60,680 bases of DNA from Rickettsiales bacterium. GTDB lineage: Bacteria > Pseudomonadota > Alphaproteobacteria > Rickettsiales > UBA1997. The DNA is taken from assembly GCA_965661355.1 (NCBI GenBank), contig CBFIDI010000002.1, positions 1 through 60,680 on the forward strand, given 5' to 3'. Numbering within the stretch: the stretch's first letter is position 1; each line of letters starts with the position of its first letter. The position numbers were made by a program, and so were the translations under genes. Positions 37,825 to 47,565 of the stretch are shown piece after piece. The notes beneath the pieces are model-generated. The model saw only the letters and a program-made list of their open reading frames with translations, was not told where the DNA came from and made no database searches.

Positions 37825-38604
37825 ATGAAAAACTATATTCATAATAATTTTAATATTTTTCACTACAAGAACCTCGAAAGCACCAATAAAACGGCATTTT
37901 CAATGGCGAAAAGGCAAGAAATTCACGAAAATTCGGTAATTTTGTCCGATATGCAAAGCGCCGGAAGAGGAAGATTAAAAAGAAAATGGATCTCTGAAGA
38001 GGGAAATTTATTTTTTTCATTACTTAAAATGACCAAAGAAGATATTGCGCAAATTCAACAAATTTCTTTGATAGCAGCTATTTCTTTGCAAAAAACTCTA
38101 AAAGATTTATTTTTGCAGCAAAATTTAATTCAAGACAATAATAATTCAGCAAAGAATACTAAAATAGAAATAAAAAATAAATGGCCAAACGATATAATTA
38201 TAAATAACAATAAAATTGCTGGAATTCTAACCGAATCTTCTTTTAGGCAGCAAAAATCAGAATTTGTAATAATTGGGGTTGGTGTAAATGTTAAATCATC
38301 TCCAGAAAATATTAATTTTCCGGCCTGTAATCTCGAGAAGTTCTCTGTTAAAACAAAAAAAGAAGATATTTTATTTGCATTTCTCGATAATTTTGAAATT
38401 TTTTATCAAAAATGGCAAATTTATGGATTTTTGCCAATTAAAAATATTTGGCTCGAAAATGCCTACAAATTAGATGAAGAAATTAAAATTAATAATGAAA
38501 ATATCTCAAAAAACGGCACTTTTAAAGGCCTTGACGATTTGGCAAATATGATAATAGAAGTTAACGGACAAGAAGAAATTATTACTTTTGGCGATGTTTC
38601 TTAA
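37825..38604 (+). CDS. birA: Biotin--[acetyl-CoA-carboxylase] ligase (group I, no HTH domain)
   Basis: QSAGRGRLKRKWISEEGNLFFS (GRGRxGRxW motif), KWPNDI and IAGILTES. Length is 259 aa. Confidence 0.8.
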   Translation: MKNYIHNNFNIFHYKNLESTNKTAFSMAKRQEIHENSVILSDMQSAGRGRLKRKWISEEGNLFFSLLKMTKEDIAQIQQISLIAAISLQKTLKDLFLQQNLIQDNNNSAKNTKIEIKNKWPNDIIINNNKIAGILTESSFRQQKSEFVIIGVGVNVKSSPENINFPACNLEKFSVKTKKEDILFAFLDNFEIFYQKWQIYGFLPIKNIWLENAYKLDEEIKINNENISKNGTFKGLDDLANMIIEVNGQEEIITFGDVS

Positions 38605-39199
38605 AGAACAAAAAGAGAGAAAAATAAAAATGTAAAGTACCTAATAATTATTATTGCAAGATCTTGCGTCATTAAAAGACTTGCAATTGACCCTTTTTCA
38701 GTTAGACTTAATGCCATTAAACTCTTGACATGTCTAAAATAATTCCAAATTCTATCTTTAAAGACTAATTTAGGAGGTAAATAATTTAATAAATAAACTT
38801 TTATTATCAAAGTCGAGTTATGTTCAAGCAATAGTCGATTTTTTTATAGCGAACCTAGTAATTAAATTATGACGGATGAATTGGTATTTAAGATTGGCAC
38901 TTAACATTATGCAATTTTTACATCTTTAAAGATTCATAAAGCTTCATCTTTTTAGAAGAATATGCTTTATCTTTATGTGGATTTAGAAGGTGGAATATTT
39001 TATATTTAATGATATATGATAAAAATTACATGAAATTCTTCTTTAGATATTGAAAAAATATTCTTAAAAAAGTGAATAATTTTAAAAACTATCACCAAAG
39101 TTACGAAATTGATGTAATGAATAAGAATAAAATCTTAATCAGAAACTGAAATCTTAATTAAAAAGGATAGTATTTCTGGCGACATTATTTTGCTTTATT

Positions 39200-39544
39200 T
39201 TAGTTAAGCTCGCTATTAATAAATTCCAAAACTTTGTTAAATTCCTTTTTAACCTTGTTTAAAATATCGTTTTTATCTTCACTAGAATCTTCTGGGTGAG
39301 TTTGTGCGTATTCTAAAGATCTAGATAAATCAAAAGCCCCAACAGAAGCTGCCGCGCCCTTAAAAGCATGCGAGGCCATGTACCATGAATTGCTATCAGA
39401 GTTATTTATTGCCCCTTCCATTTTAGACAAATTCTTTTGAGCGTTTTCGGTAAAAATGCCAAAAAGCTCTCTTTCAAACTCTTTATCATCTTCCGTTACG
39501 CTGCGTAAAAAATTCATATCTACCGCTTTTTTATTTTCTGACAT
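39200..39544 (-). CDS. Histidine phosphotransfer (HPt) domain protein
   Basis: SHAFKGAAASVGA (HxxKG phospho-His motif) in a ~115-aa four-helix-sized protein. The start is placed at the internal ATG (MSENKK). Confidence 0.7.
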   Translation of the reverse strand: MSENKKAVDMNFLRSVTEDDKEFERELFGIFTENAQKNLSKMEGAINNSDSNSWYMASHAFKGAAASVGAFDLSRSLEYAQTHPEDSSEDKNDILNKVKKEFNKVLEFINSELN

Positions 39545-39721
39545 ATGTAAGTAATTTAAATTTATCTTATCTTTATTATACAAAACCAATAATTATCTAG
39601 CTATAATTATCTTTATTTATAATTTACCCCCAAAATATTTGTTAATATATTTTATTTTACTTTTTAACTTTTACGCTCCTTAGCATTGATAGATTTTTAG
39701 CAAAAAGTTATATGATTTTCT

Positions 39722-40240
39722 TTATCTTTTAGAAATTATCAAAGCCGTGATCGAAGAATCGATTTTCGCACTTGACCTAGAGAATACTTCAGAATTTACC
39801 GTTAATTCAAAATTTCTTCTTCCTATATCAACCATAATCATACCACCATCAACAACAAATTCGTCAAATGTTGCAACCGTAACTGCACCAGCTTTGTTAA
39901 AACTGCCAATAAAAGATCTAACAATTCTTGATTTATTTTTTGCAACATAGATAATTCGGCAATTATCGTAATTTTTGTCTTTATCTTCAATAAATCTCAA
40001 ATCTTTTATTTCTTTGGCTTCCAATATAGAGGAAATGCCATCATAACCAAATACACATAGCTTGTTTGACTTACGAGCCGATTCAGTGTTAACATAAAGA
40101 ACCCGAATAAATTCCGAAAAAGCTTCGTCGACCCCTGTGTATGAATAAGATTTTTTTATAGCTAGCAGCATTATAATCATTATAATACTAGCGCCCACAA
40201 GAAAAACTCCTATATTTTTATTTTTATATCTATAATTCAC
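39722..40240 (-). CDS. YfiR/DUF4154-like periplasmic protein
   Basis: N-terminal TM/signal segment, then KLCVFGYD...CRIIYVAKNKS...GAVTVATFDEFVVDGGMIMVDIGRRNFELTVNSEVFSRSSAKIDSSI. This fits the DUF4154 pattern (lCvlG...chilyv...vLTVsd...f...GGmi.f.....v.f.iN...a...gl.issklL). Confidence 0.55.
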   Translation of the reverse strand: MNYRYKNKNIGVFLVGASIIMIIMLLAIKKSYSYTGVDEAFSEFIRVLYVNTESARKSNKLCVFGYDGISSILEAKEIKDLRFIEDKDKNYDNCRIIYVAKNKSRIVRSFIGSFNKAGAVTVATFDEFVVDGGMIMVDIGRRNFELTVNSEVFSRSSAKIDSSITALIISKR

Positions 40241-40260
40241 GACATTATTATGGTGTATAA

Positions 40261-42267
40261 TTAAAACTGTAGTACCGCTTTTGCGTAATATGTTCTGCCA
40301 ACCTCTACCTTCTTATTCAAAAGTCCCGCACTAAATTCTTGATGCCTGTCATCAAAAATATTTCTAATTCCAAAGCTAAAATCTAACTTACTGCTATATA
40401 AATATCCAAGTCTAGTATCAACCCTAACATAACTGGGGACACCTGGTGTTGTATCATTAGAACCAGCTCCTGGCAAAGAATCTACCCAATATAAATAATT
40501 ATCAAATTCAACTTTAGGACTAATATTATATAAAGATCTGAATCTGAGTTGATTTTGCGGCACCTGATCTTCTTCGTCACTTAAAGATCTTGAATTTAAG
40601 GCTGTAATAGACTCGGTTGATTTACGGTTAAGCTCAAAATTCATTTTTATAAAATCATAACTAGTTTCAACTTTCCAATCATCAGAAACTTGCCATTTTC
40701 CACTAACTTCAAAGCCATATGATTTTCCGTATCCATTATTTCTGGTAACCGGAGTATTAAGGCCACCACCGGATTCAAAAGTTCTTAAGTTGGTATAATC
40801 ATTAAAAAAAGATGCAAAATCTATGGCGGTTGACTCAGTTGGCTTAACCCTGTAGCCAGCTTCGTAGGCAATTAAATCTTCTGCGTCAAAGTTGCCATCT
40901 AAATCACCACTTTGCACAATTCTGTTTTGGCCCGCAACCGGAGCTGTAATTTGCAAAGCATCTTCGCCTCTGGTCGGAGTTCTAACGGCGCGCGAAACCG
41001 AGGCCCACAATGTCTGATTTCTGGTTGGGTAATATGCTAATTTAGCATTTGGTTGATATTCAAAACCAGTAAGATCGTTATGCTCAAACTTTGTTCCAAT
41101 AGTTAAATATAACTTATCAGGAACTAAGCCTATTTTATGCTGGATAAAAGTTGTATAAAGATCGTTATTGCGATTTTTTGGACTGTAAAACAACGGAATA
41201 AACTCTCCGAACTGATTTTCCGTAGTAGAAAAACGAAATCTATCTTGTATATTTCTGTAACCCGCACCAATTATTAATTGATTGTCGCGAGAGAAATTAT
41301 GAAAAAATTGAAAATCTAAATCGGCAACTTTTTCATCAATTACTAATATCTCCTTGTCAGACTGAGTGTAATCATAATAGCCTTGAAGCATAAAACTTGA
41401 TTTGTCAGAAATGTCACCATTCCAATTAAATACTAAATTTGCCCCCCTAGAATCTCTGTCTTCGTGAATATTAAAAGTTTCGCTGTTAAAATAATTGTTA
41501 GAATTTCCATCAAAAAAGTCGCCATGAACAGAAAGCTTATTCCCGTTTTTTGGAAGCATGTCATATCTGAAGCCAAACCTATCATGCGAAAGATTGTCAT
41601 CAGCGTCTCTTCCGTCACTTAAATTGGTAAACTCGTTTCTATATGATTTTTTGCCGTAAATTCTGTAGCTATCTTCATTTACTTTGCCGCCATATCTAAT
41701 TTCAGTAATAGACCTGTCGTAATTGCCAGAAGTTTGAGAAATATATCCGCCTTGCGTATCGGCGGCGCTTTTTGTAATAATATTAATAATACCATTTACA
41801 GCATTAGCGCCCCATATAGTTCCGCCCGGGCCGCGAACAACTTCAATTTTCTCGATGTCATCAAGAACATAATCTTGATCTTCCCAAAACGCACCAGAAA
41901 AAGTCGAGGTATAGACCGTTCTGCCATCAACTAATATCAGTAATTTATTTGAATATTGGCGATTAAAACCCCTTGAAGAAATGGCCCATTTATTGCCGTC
42001 AATACGAGCAACTTGAAGGCCCGGAACCATTCTTAAGGCTTCGGGAATAGAGCTAACCCCAGACCTTCTGATGTCTTCAGAAGACAGAACATAAACAGCG
42101 GAAGGGGCATCAAAAGCATCTTCCTTCTTTTTTGACAATGAAAAAAAACTGCTATTTAAGAAATTAACAGGATTATCATTATCCTCTTTTGCTAATAATA
42201 TATCGCAATTAAATATTAGAGTTAATAGCGCTATTAGCTTTATAATTCCGTTATTATCTCCGTTCAT
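40261..42267 (-). CDS. TonB-dependent outer-membrane receptor
   Basis: Signal peptide, plug domain (VYVLSSEDIRRSGVSSIPEALRMVPGLQV; VRGPGGTIWGANAVNGIINIITK), a long beta-barrel and a terminal aromatic residue (...AVLQF). Confidence 0.85.
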   Translation of the reverse strand: MNGDNNGIIKLIALLTLIFNCDILLAKEDNDNPVNFLNSSFFSLSKKKEDAFDAPSAVYVLSSEDIRRSGVSSIPEALRMVPGLQVARIDGNKWAISSRGFNRQYSNKLLILVDGRTVYTSTFSGAFWEDQDYVLDDIEKIEVVRGPGGTIWGANAVNGIINIITKSAADTQGGYISQTSGNYDRSITEIRYGGKVNEDSYRIYGKKSYRNEFTNLSDGRDADDNLSHDRFGFRYDMLPKNGNKLSVHGDFFDGNSNNYFNSETFNIHEDRDSRGANLVFNWNGDISDKSSFMLQGYYDYTQSDKEILVIDEKVADLDFQFFHNFSRDNQLIIGAGYRNIQDRFRFSTTENQFGEFIPLFYSPKNRNNDLYTTFIQHKIGLVPDKLYLTIGTKFEHNDLTGFEYQPNAKLAYYPTRNQTLWASVSRAVRTPTRGEDALQITAPVAGQNRIVQSGDLDGNFDAEDLIAYEAGYRVKPTESTAIDFASFFNDYTNLRTFESGGGLNTPVTRNNGYGKSYGFEVSGKWQVSDDWKVETSYDFIKMNFELNRKSTESITALNSRSLSDEEDQVPQNQLRFRSLYNISPKVEFDNYLYWVDSLPGAGSNDTTPGVPSYVRVDTRLGYLYSSKLDFSFGIRNIFDDRHQEFSAGLLNKKVEVGRTYYAKAVLQF

Positions 42268-42295
42268 TTTCTGTCATTTTTAGTTTAAAAAACCA

Positions 42296-43144
42296 TTAAA
42301 GATTAATTATAATGGGTACCATTTTCATAAAGTTATACTTATCAATCTTATTCCATTCGTAATTTCTAGAAATAGAAGATTCAACTCCAAGACTTCTAAA
42401 AACCCTTCTATATATTCTGCATTGAACCAACGGAGCAATTCCAAATGCAATTTTACATTTTAAGCTTCTAGCTTTCTCAATACACTCTTTTAGCATTTTT
42501 TTAGTCGCCAAAAAATCTCTGTACCCTTTTTTTACGACTAAACTTGAAATTTCGGCATAGCACCCTTCTAACTCTTGTTGGCCAGATTTTTTCATAAGCT
42601 GCTGATAATTGTAGCTTTGAGAATCTCTCACTTCATTTGATGTTAATATTTTTTTATCTACATCTCCATACATCAACCTACAGCCAGCGACAACTTCACC
42701 TTGTGATTTTGCGATAATTATGTCTGCATTCTTATCTTCGCAAGTAGCTTCTTTGGCGTAATCTACGAAATTATATTCGCTTGAATAAGATTGATATCTT
42801 ATTTTGTAATATTCATTAAGATCATCTGGGCTTTTTGCGACATAGCACTCAACTTCGTTTTTTTTGTCGCCCTGTATTTCATATTTAGATATTTCTTGCG
42901 ACTTGTCGCTATTCATAGTTCTTTTATGTTCGTTAATGTCAACGGTTAGGTTGCCATCATTTTCACAAGATATTTCGCTGTAATTTTTATCTTGGTTACC
43001 TATTTTTTTAGAAACAGATAACATTTTTCCTTTATTTAACTCTGCACTTCTTAAATTCTCTAAAGATATTGAATTTAAAATACGAGGCTTAGATTTGCAA
43101 ATATTTTGATATTCGCTTAACATATTATAATTTGGATTTTTCAT
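42296..43144 (-). CDS. GNAT-fold acyltransferase resembling LuxI/FeeM-type N-acyl synthases, with a ~100-aa low-complexity N-terminal extension
   Basis: The C-terminal ~170 aa read YYKIRYQSY...EDKNADIIIAKSQGEVVAGCRLMYG...YAEISSLVVKKGYRD...IAFGIAPLVQCRIYRRVFRSLG. This fits the pattern (lRy.vf...E.D.yD......vvGt.Rl....aE.SRl.V...R). The assignment is by eye, and the start codon is uncertain. Confidence 0.4.
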   Translation of the reverse strand: MKNPNYNMLSEYQNICKSKPRILNSISLENLRSAELNKGKMLSVSKKIGNQDKNYSEISCENDGNLTVDINEHKRTMNSDKSQEISKYEIQGDKKNEVECYVAKSPDDLNEYYKIRYQSYSSEYNFVDYAKEATCEDKNADIIIAKSQGEVVAGCRLMYGDVDKKILTSNEVRDSQSYNYQQLMKKSGQQELEGCYAEISSLVVKKGYRDFLATKKMLKECIEKARSLKCKIAFGIAPLVQCRIYRRVFRSLGVESSISRNYEWNKIDKYNFMKMVPIIINL

Positions 43145-43497
43145 TTTGGTGTCTCCTAATCTAGGGTTATTATTTTAAAGTGTCAACTCTATAAATGTGG
43201 TGGTTTTTTATTTTTCAACAAATCTTGTATCTTCTTAAGTTTCTCGCTGCAATTCTTAATTATTACTTAAAAAAGTTAGTTATTTTAATTACAAACCTAA
43301 TAAATAGCTCAGAATTTGTTAAGAATTATTTATATTTGTGAATATATTTAAATATATAAATTAAATAATAATGACTTATAAATAAATATTATTTGTAAAA
43401 AATGTGCCATCAATATAAAAATATTACACATACCCAATTAAACCACAATTTGATAATTTATTCAATAATATAAAGAGTTAATATCTAGAATTATCAT

Positions 43498-43522
43498 ACA
43501 ATGTATCGTTTTGATACATTGT
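43498..43522. promoter_or_regulatory. 10-bp perfect palindrome ACAATGTATC-N5-GATACATTGT in the divergent GNAT/kinase control region
   Basis: The arms are at 43498-43507 and 43513-43522, and a third GATACA half-site follows at 43531-43536. It lies ~350 bp upstream of the GNAT operon and ~400 bp upstream of the kinase gene. Confidence 0.3.
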
Positions 43523-43919
43523 TGCAAAATGATACAAAGGTGATATTTGAAGTTAAATATTTTACTTTCAAACATTTTCCATGATTTAATGTCTCGGTTT
43601 TTAGATATTATTTTATTAATAATTTTAAATCATGTACGCCTTGTAACTTCGCTTTGTTTGGTTTATTAACTGATTGTTATTTCTTGATATTCTATTTACG
43701 ATTATTTTTTGCACTTGAGCACAATTTTACTGAAAGAACAATTGACTTTATTTCGAAAAAATAATTAACGGCACATAAATTATAAATTACTAACTTGAAT
43801 TTAACAAAAATAATTTTATACTCAAATTTTATTAACATTTTGTAACAGATGGAAAATTATTTTAATATAAGTTAGACATAGAAAATTGGTAAGTAAAAGT
43901 TACATACAATAAATTAATA

Positions 43920-46760
43920 ATGGACGGGGAAGTGAGATCGCAAAAATATAAATCAAGCAACTTCCATAAACATTTTCTTTACACTCCTTTTAAGTATTAC
44001 CTTGCCAACCTTGCCACAAGAGCAAAAGAAAGAAAGGACCCCGAAGCACAAAAAGAGAGAAAAAAATCTAAGCAATTTCTTGAAGAAAAACTTCCGCAAA
44101 TTACACAAAGATACAAAAGGCGAATTTATAACCGCAAAATAGAAAAAAAGAAAAGCCTCGATTTAAGGGATTCTTATAATGTTTTAGGTTATGTAATTAT
44201 AATCTTGACAATTTTATGGACGATGACCAATTCTTTTATCGTTTATTACAATTATTTAAATAATACTAAAGACAATATTGAAAATCAGAGCGAAGTTCTG
44301 GACTTACTTTCAACAAACTTAATGAACGGCGTTGATAATTATCTTAATTATTTGGGCGACAAAATATTAGTTTTCAATGCCAAGCACAACCCCGAGGCTT
44401 TACAAAAAATATTAAAAAAAACTCCGAATCGCGATCTTTTTCAACGCAATATTTCATCTTGGCTAACCATGAAATTTGTTAACACTTCTGGCAAAATAAC
44501 CGCAACAACTCTTGAAGGAATTGTTAAAAAGCCATATAGCCACCACCCGCATTACCCAGTTGAACGCTCTTCATCAGATCCGTGGCGCTTTAAGGTGGGT
44601 AAATTACAACATTTTGAAGACGAAATTAGTAAATATGATTATTTCCCTGTTGCAATGTCAATTGATACTGACGAAAAATTTATTCCTATTGGAACTCTTA
44701 TCGCCGATGTACCCACGGATAGAATACAAAAAAATATTAAGCGAAGCATTAACAATAACGAGATTTGCTATGTTATAATTGACAAGAATTACGATTTAAT
44801 AGCAAAATCTGATCAAATAAAAAATTATGACCCCGTATTATTTAAAAATAACGATAAAGTTCAAGAGGTTGTTAATAGTAAAATAAAAAAAAGTGACCAT
44901 CTTGATAAAAGCTTCAGAATTGGAGATTGTAATTTATTTTATTTTCAGAATTCTGACTACGGCATTTCTGGCTTTGCTGGTTATGATATCAGAAATTTAT
45001 TGCAAAGATTTAGTTTTCAGCTATTTACCATTATAACACAGTCTTTTGGCGTTGCTGCTATGTTACTTCTGATATTTTTCTTGTTCAGAAAGCTAAAAAT
45101 TTCTCCATTTTTAAAAGAGCTTCTCAGAGCAAAAACCGAGGCCGAGAAAGCCAATTTGACAAAAAGCCAATTTTTGTCAAATATGAGTCACGAACTAAGA
45201 ACGCCAATGAACGGTATATTGGGCATGAGTCAAGCTTTGAGAGAATCTGAAAATGTCAAAGAAGATGAACTTGATCAAGCAAATACAATTTATCGCTGCG
45301 CCGACGCTTTGTTATTGGTTTTGAACGATATTTTAAACTTTTCAAAAATAGAGGCCAGAAAAATAGATCTTGAAAATATCGACTTTCATCTTTCAACAAC
45401 CATAAATGATATAACTGATTTAATGGCTCAGTCAGCTACTTCTAAAGGCTTGGAAGTTTTGTCAATTATTGATAACGATGTTCCTGAAATTCTAAATGGC
45501 GACCCTGGAAGAATAAGGCAAATTATTACTAACCTTGTTAATAATGCTATAAAATTTACCTCTCATGGGCAAGTTTTAATTCATGTTAAACTTGAAAAAG
45601 ACGAAGAAGATTCTTGTTTTGTTAATTTTAATATTATTGATAGCGGAATTGGAATTGAAAAAAACAGAATAGAAAAAATGTTTACTCGTTTCACGCAAGC
45701 TGATATGTCGACCAACAGAAAATATGGTGGCACGGGTCTCGGCTTATCAATTTGTAAAGAGCTTGTTGAATTAATGACCGGGGAAATAGGAATTAAAAGT
45801 GAGTCGGGCAAAGGTTCTAACTTTTGGTTTACTATCCCACTACAAAAAACCAGCGGTGAAGATAGCGAGAAAGATCAAGAGTCGGAAGATGAAATAAATT
45901 TCGTAAAAAGAAAAAAATTAGCCCTAATTGAAAAAAATAATGTCGTCAGAAAGGTATTTAGGCATCATTACATGAAAATAGGAAGCAATCTCCAAGAGAC
46001 CGAAATTGCACCAATAATAATGTCGCGCGACGAAATGACCAAAAAACTTATCGAAGAGGCTAAAAAATTTACAAAACCCAATGTGATTTTTGTTGACCAC
46101 AACGAATCTGTTGGGGCTGACTCGGTTACAATTGTAAATCAACTTAGAGAGATCAAGGAATTTAAAAAAGTTGCTTTTGTGGTTATGATATCGCCAAAAG
46201 ACAAATCAAAAATGTCAAAAGAATCTTTAGATATTTTTGCTTCTTACATGATAAAACCAGTTAGAACAGCAAGAATTGTTTCTTGTGTATTGTCGGCCTT
46301 AAAATTTAAAAATAAGAAAGAAGGACCAGCAAAAGCTCAGTCATTGCAAGAAAAAGATGTAAGTATGAAGAAAAAAGAAAAATTTAAAGTTTTGTTAAGT
46401 GAAGATAATGAAGTTAATATGAGGGTTGCCTCGATGATATTAAAACGATTAGATCTTGACATTGAAACCGTCGAAAACGGACAGGAAGCTATTAATAAAT
46501 TTATGCATGTAAAATATGATATGATTTTAATGGATTGCATGATGCCGGTTGTTGACGGCTACGAAGCAACCAAAAGAATTAGAATTTTAGAAAAAGAAGG
46601 CAATCTAACAAAAACCCCAATAATTGCCCTAACCGCAAATGCAACAGAAGAAGATAGGCAAAAGTGCCTTGAAATAGGAATGGATGATTTTATTTCAAAG
46701 CCAATTAAAAGAGAGTTTATCGAAGAAAAAATTAAAACTTGGATTGACAAGAAAGAATAG
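43920..46760 (+). CDS. Hybrid sensor histidine kinase / response regulator
   Basis: Two TM segments bracket a ~175-aa periplasmic region. HisKA is FLSNMSHELRTPMNG, HATPase is NLVNNAIKFT...DSGIGI...GGTGLGLSICKELV, then a degenerate receiver-like spacer and a C-terminal receiver (VLLSEDNEVN...ILMDCMMPVVDGYEAT...ALTANA...DDFISKP). Confidence 0.9.
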   Translation: MDGEVRSQKYKSSNFHKHFLYTPFKYYLANLATRAKERKDPEAQKERKKSKQFLEEKLPQITQRYKRRIYNRKIEKKKSLDLRDSYNVLGYVIIILTILWTMTNSFIVYYNYLNNTKDNIENQSEVLDLLSTNLMNGVDNYLNYLGDKILVFNAKHNPEALQKILKKTPNRDLFQRNISSWLTMKFVNTSGKITATTLEGIVKKPYSHHPHYPVERSSSDPWRFKVGKLQHFEDEISKYDYFPVAMSIDTDEKFIPIGTLIADVPTDRIQKNIKRSINNNEICYVIIDKNYDLIAKSDQIKNYDPVLFKNNDKVQEVVNSKIKKSDHLDKSFRIGDCNLFYFQNSDYGISGFAGYDIRNLLQRFSFQLFTIITQSFGVAAMLLLIFFLFRKLKISPFLKELLRAKTEAEKANLTKSQFLSNMSHELRTPMNGILGMSQALRESENVKEDELDQANTIYRCADALLLVLNDILNFSKIEARKIDLENIDFHLSTTINDITDLMAQSATSKGLEVLSIIDNDVPEILNGDPGRIRQIITNLVNNAIKFTSHGQVLIHVKLEKDEEDSCFVNFNIIDSGIGIEKNRIEKMFTRFTQADMSTNRKYGGTGLGLSICKELVELMTGEIGIKSESGKGSNFWFTIPLQKTSGEDSEKDQESEDEINFVKRKKLALIEKNNVVRKVFRHHYMKIGSNLQETEIAPIIMSRDEMTKKLIEEAKKFTKPNVIFVDHNESVGADSVTIVNQLREIKEFKKVAFVVMISPKDKSKMSKESLDIFASYMIKPVRTARIVSCVLSALKFKNKKEGPAKAQSLQEKDVSMKKKEKFKVLLSEDNEVNMRVASMILKRLDLDIETVENGQEAINKFMHVKYDMILMDCMMPVVDGYEATKRIRILEKEGNLTKTPIIALTANATEEDRQKCLEIGMDDFISKPIKREFIEEKIKTWIDKKE

Positions 46761-46851
46761 AATTCTCTTATCGATACAAAATTGCTATCTAAGAAATATT
46801 TTTAGCTGATATTTGCGCCAAATAAAATGAAAGAACTAGAAATGTAATATA

Positions 46852-47565
46852 TTATAAAATATTTATAAATTCTATATGGTCCAAAAATAATGCTATTGGC
46901 CCCTCTTTATTTTTACCATTTTCGTAAACTTGTGAAGATATCGTTTTCGAAATTTGCTTATCATGACCAAAAATAATAGGCCTTGCTCCGCAATTGTAAG
47001 CGCAATCAATATCAGCGATTGTATCACCAACAAACCAAATATTGTTATTTTTAAGATCAATTCCCGATCCACTTAAAGCCAGCTCAACCGGATCTGTCGA
47101 TGGCTTGTCGGTGTCTGCATCGCCAGCGCCAATTAAAGAGAAGAAATAATTTTCAACTTCTAGCGATTTTGCTTCTTTTCTCAATGTTTTGCCTATTTTG
47201 TTACTAACTACAAATTGCAAAATTCCTTTTTGGTTAATTTTTTTAAGCAAATCAAAAGCGTTATCAAGGAATTTAAGCTTTTTAAGGTTGATATTACGAT
47301 AAGAATTAACATAAAATTCTCCTGCTTCTTGCCACTTATCACCAAAAATTTCAGGAAAAGATTCACGCATTGATTTATGAATTTCGTCTTTAACTTTTTT
47401 AAAACTCCACTCTTCGCGCTTAAATTCACGCATTGTTGAATTAATTGCGGCGTGAATTAACGGCCAAGTATCGACCAAAGTATTATCCCAATCGAAAATT
47501 ATTGCGTCTGGTTTTGGTTGATTTTTTAAATCAATAAAAGCTTCAAGATTTTTTTGATAATTCAT
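46852..47565 (-). CDS. HAD-superfamily hydrolase (phosphoglycolate-phosphatase-like)
   Basis: AIIFDWDNTLVDT (DxDxT motif I), VVSNK (motif II) and FVGDTIADIDCAYNCG (motif IV). Confidence 0.75.
   Translation of the reverse strand: MNYQKNLEAFIDLKNQPKPDAIIFDWDNTLVDTWPLIHAAINSTMREFKREEWSFKKVKDEIHKSMRESFPEIFGDKWQEAGEFYVNSYRNINLKKLKFLDNAFDLLKKINQKGILQFVVSNKIGKTLRKEAKSLEVENYFFSLIGAGDADTDKPSTDPVELALSGSGIDLKNNNIWFVGDTIADIDCAYNCGARPIIFGHDKQISKTISSQVYENGKNKEGPIALFLDHIEFINIL

Noticed and set aside
37752-37826. The N-terminal 25 codons of the ORF-track DUF1013 model (MLDFIKKFSYNYRIIFDKIRKIYKI).
   Set aside because: The conserved DUF1013 sequence begins just after the internal Met (MSEKKLPLMPKATAVW...). 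The longer model would overlap the divergent birA start and remove any promoter space, so the internal start was preferred.
38601-38831. A 76-aa ORF overlapping the 3' end of birA on the opposite strand.
   Set aside because: It has no motif or signal-peptide logic and its composition is typical of an AT-rich spacer. It overlaps the birA stop. It was judged spurious.
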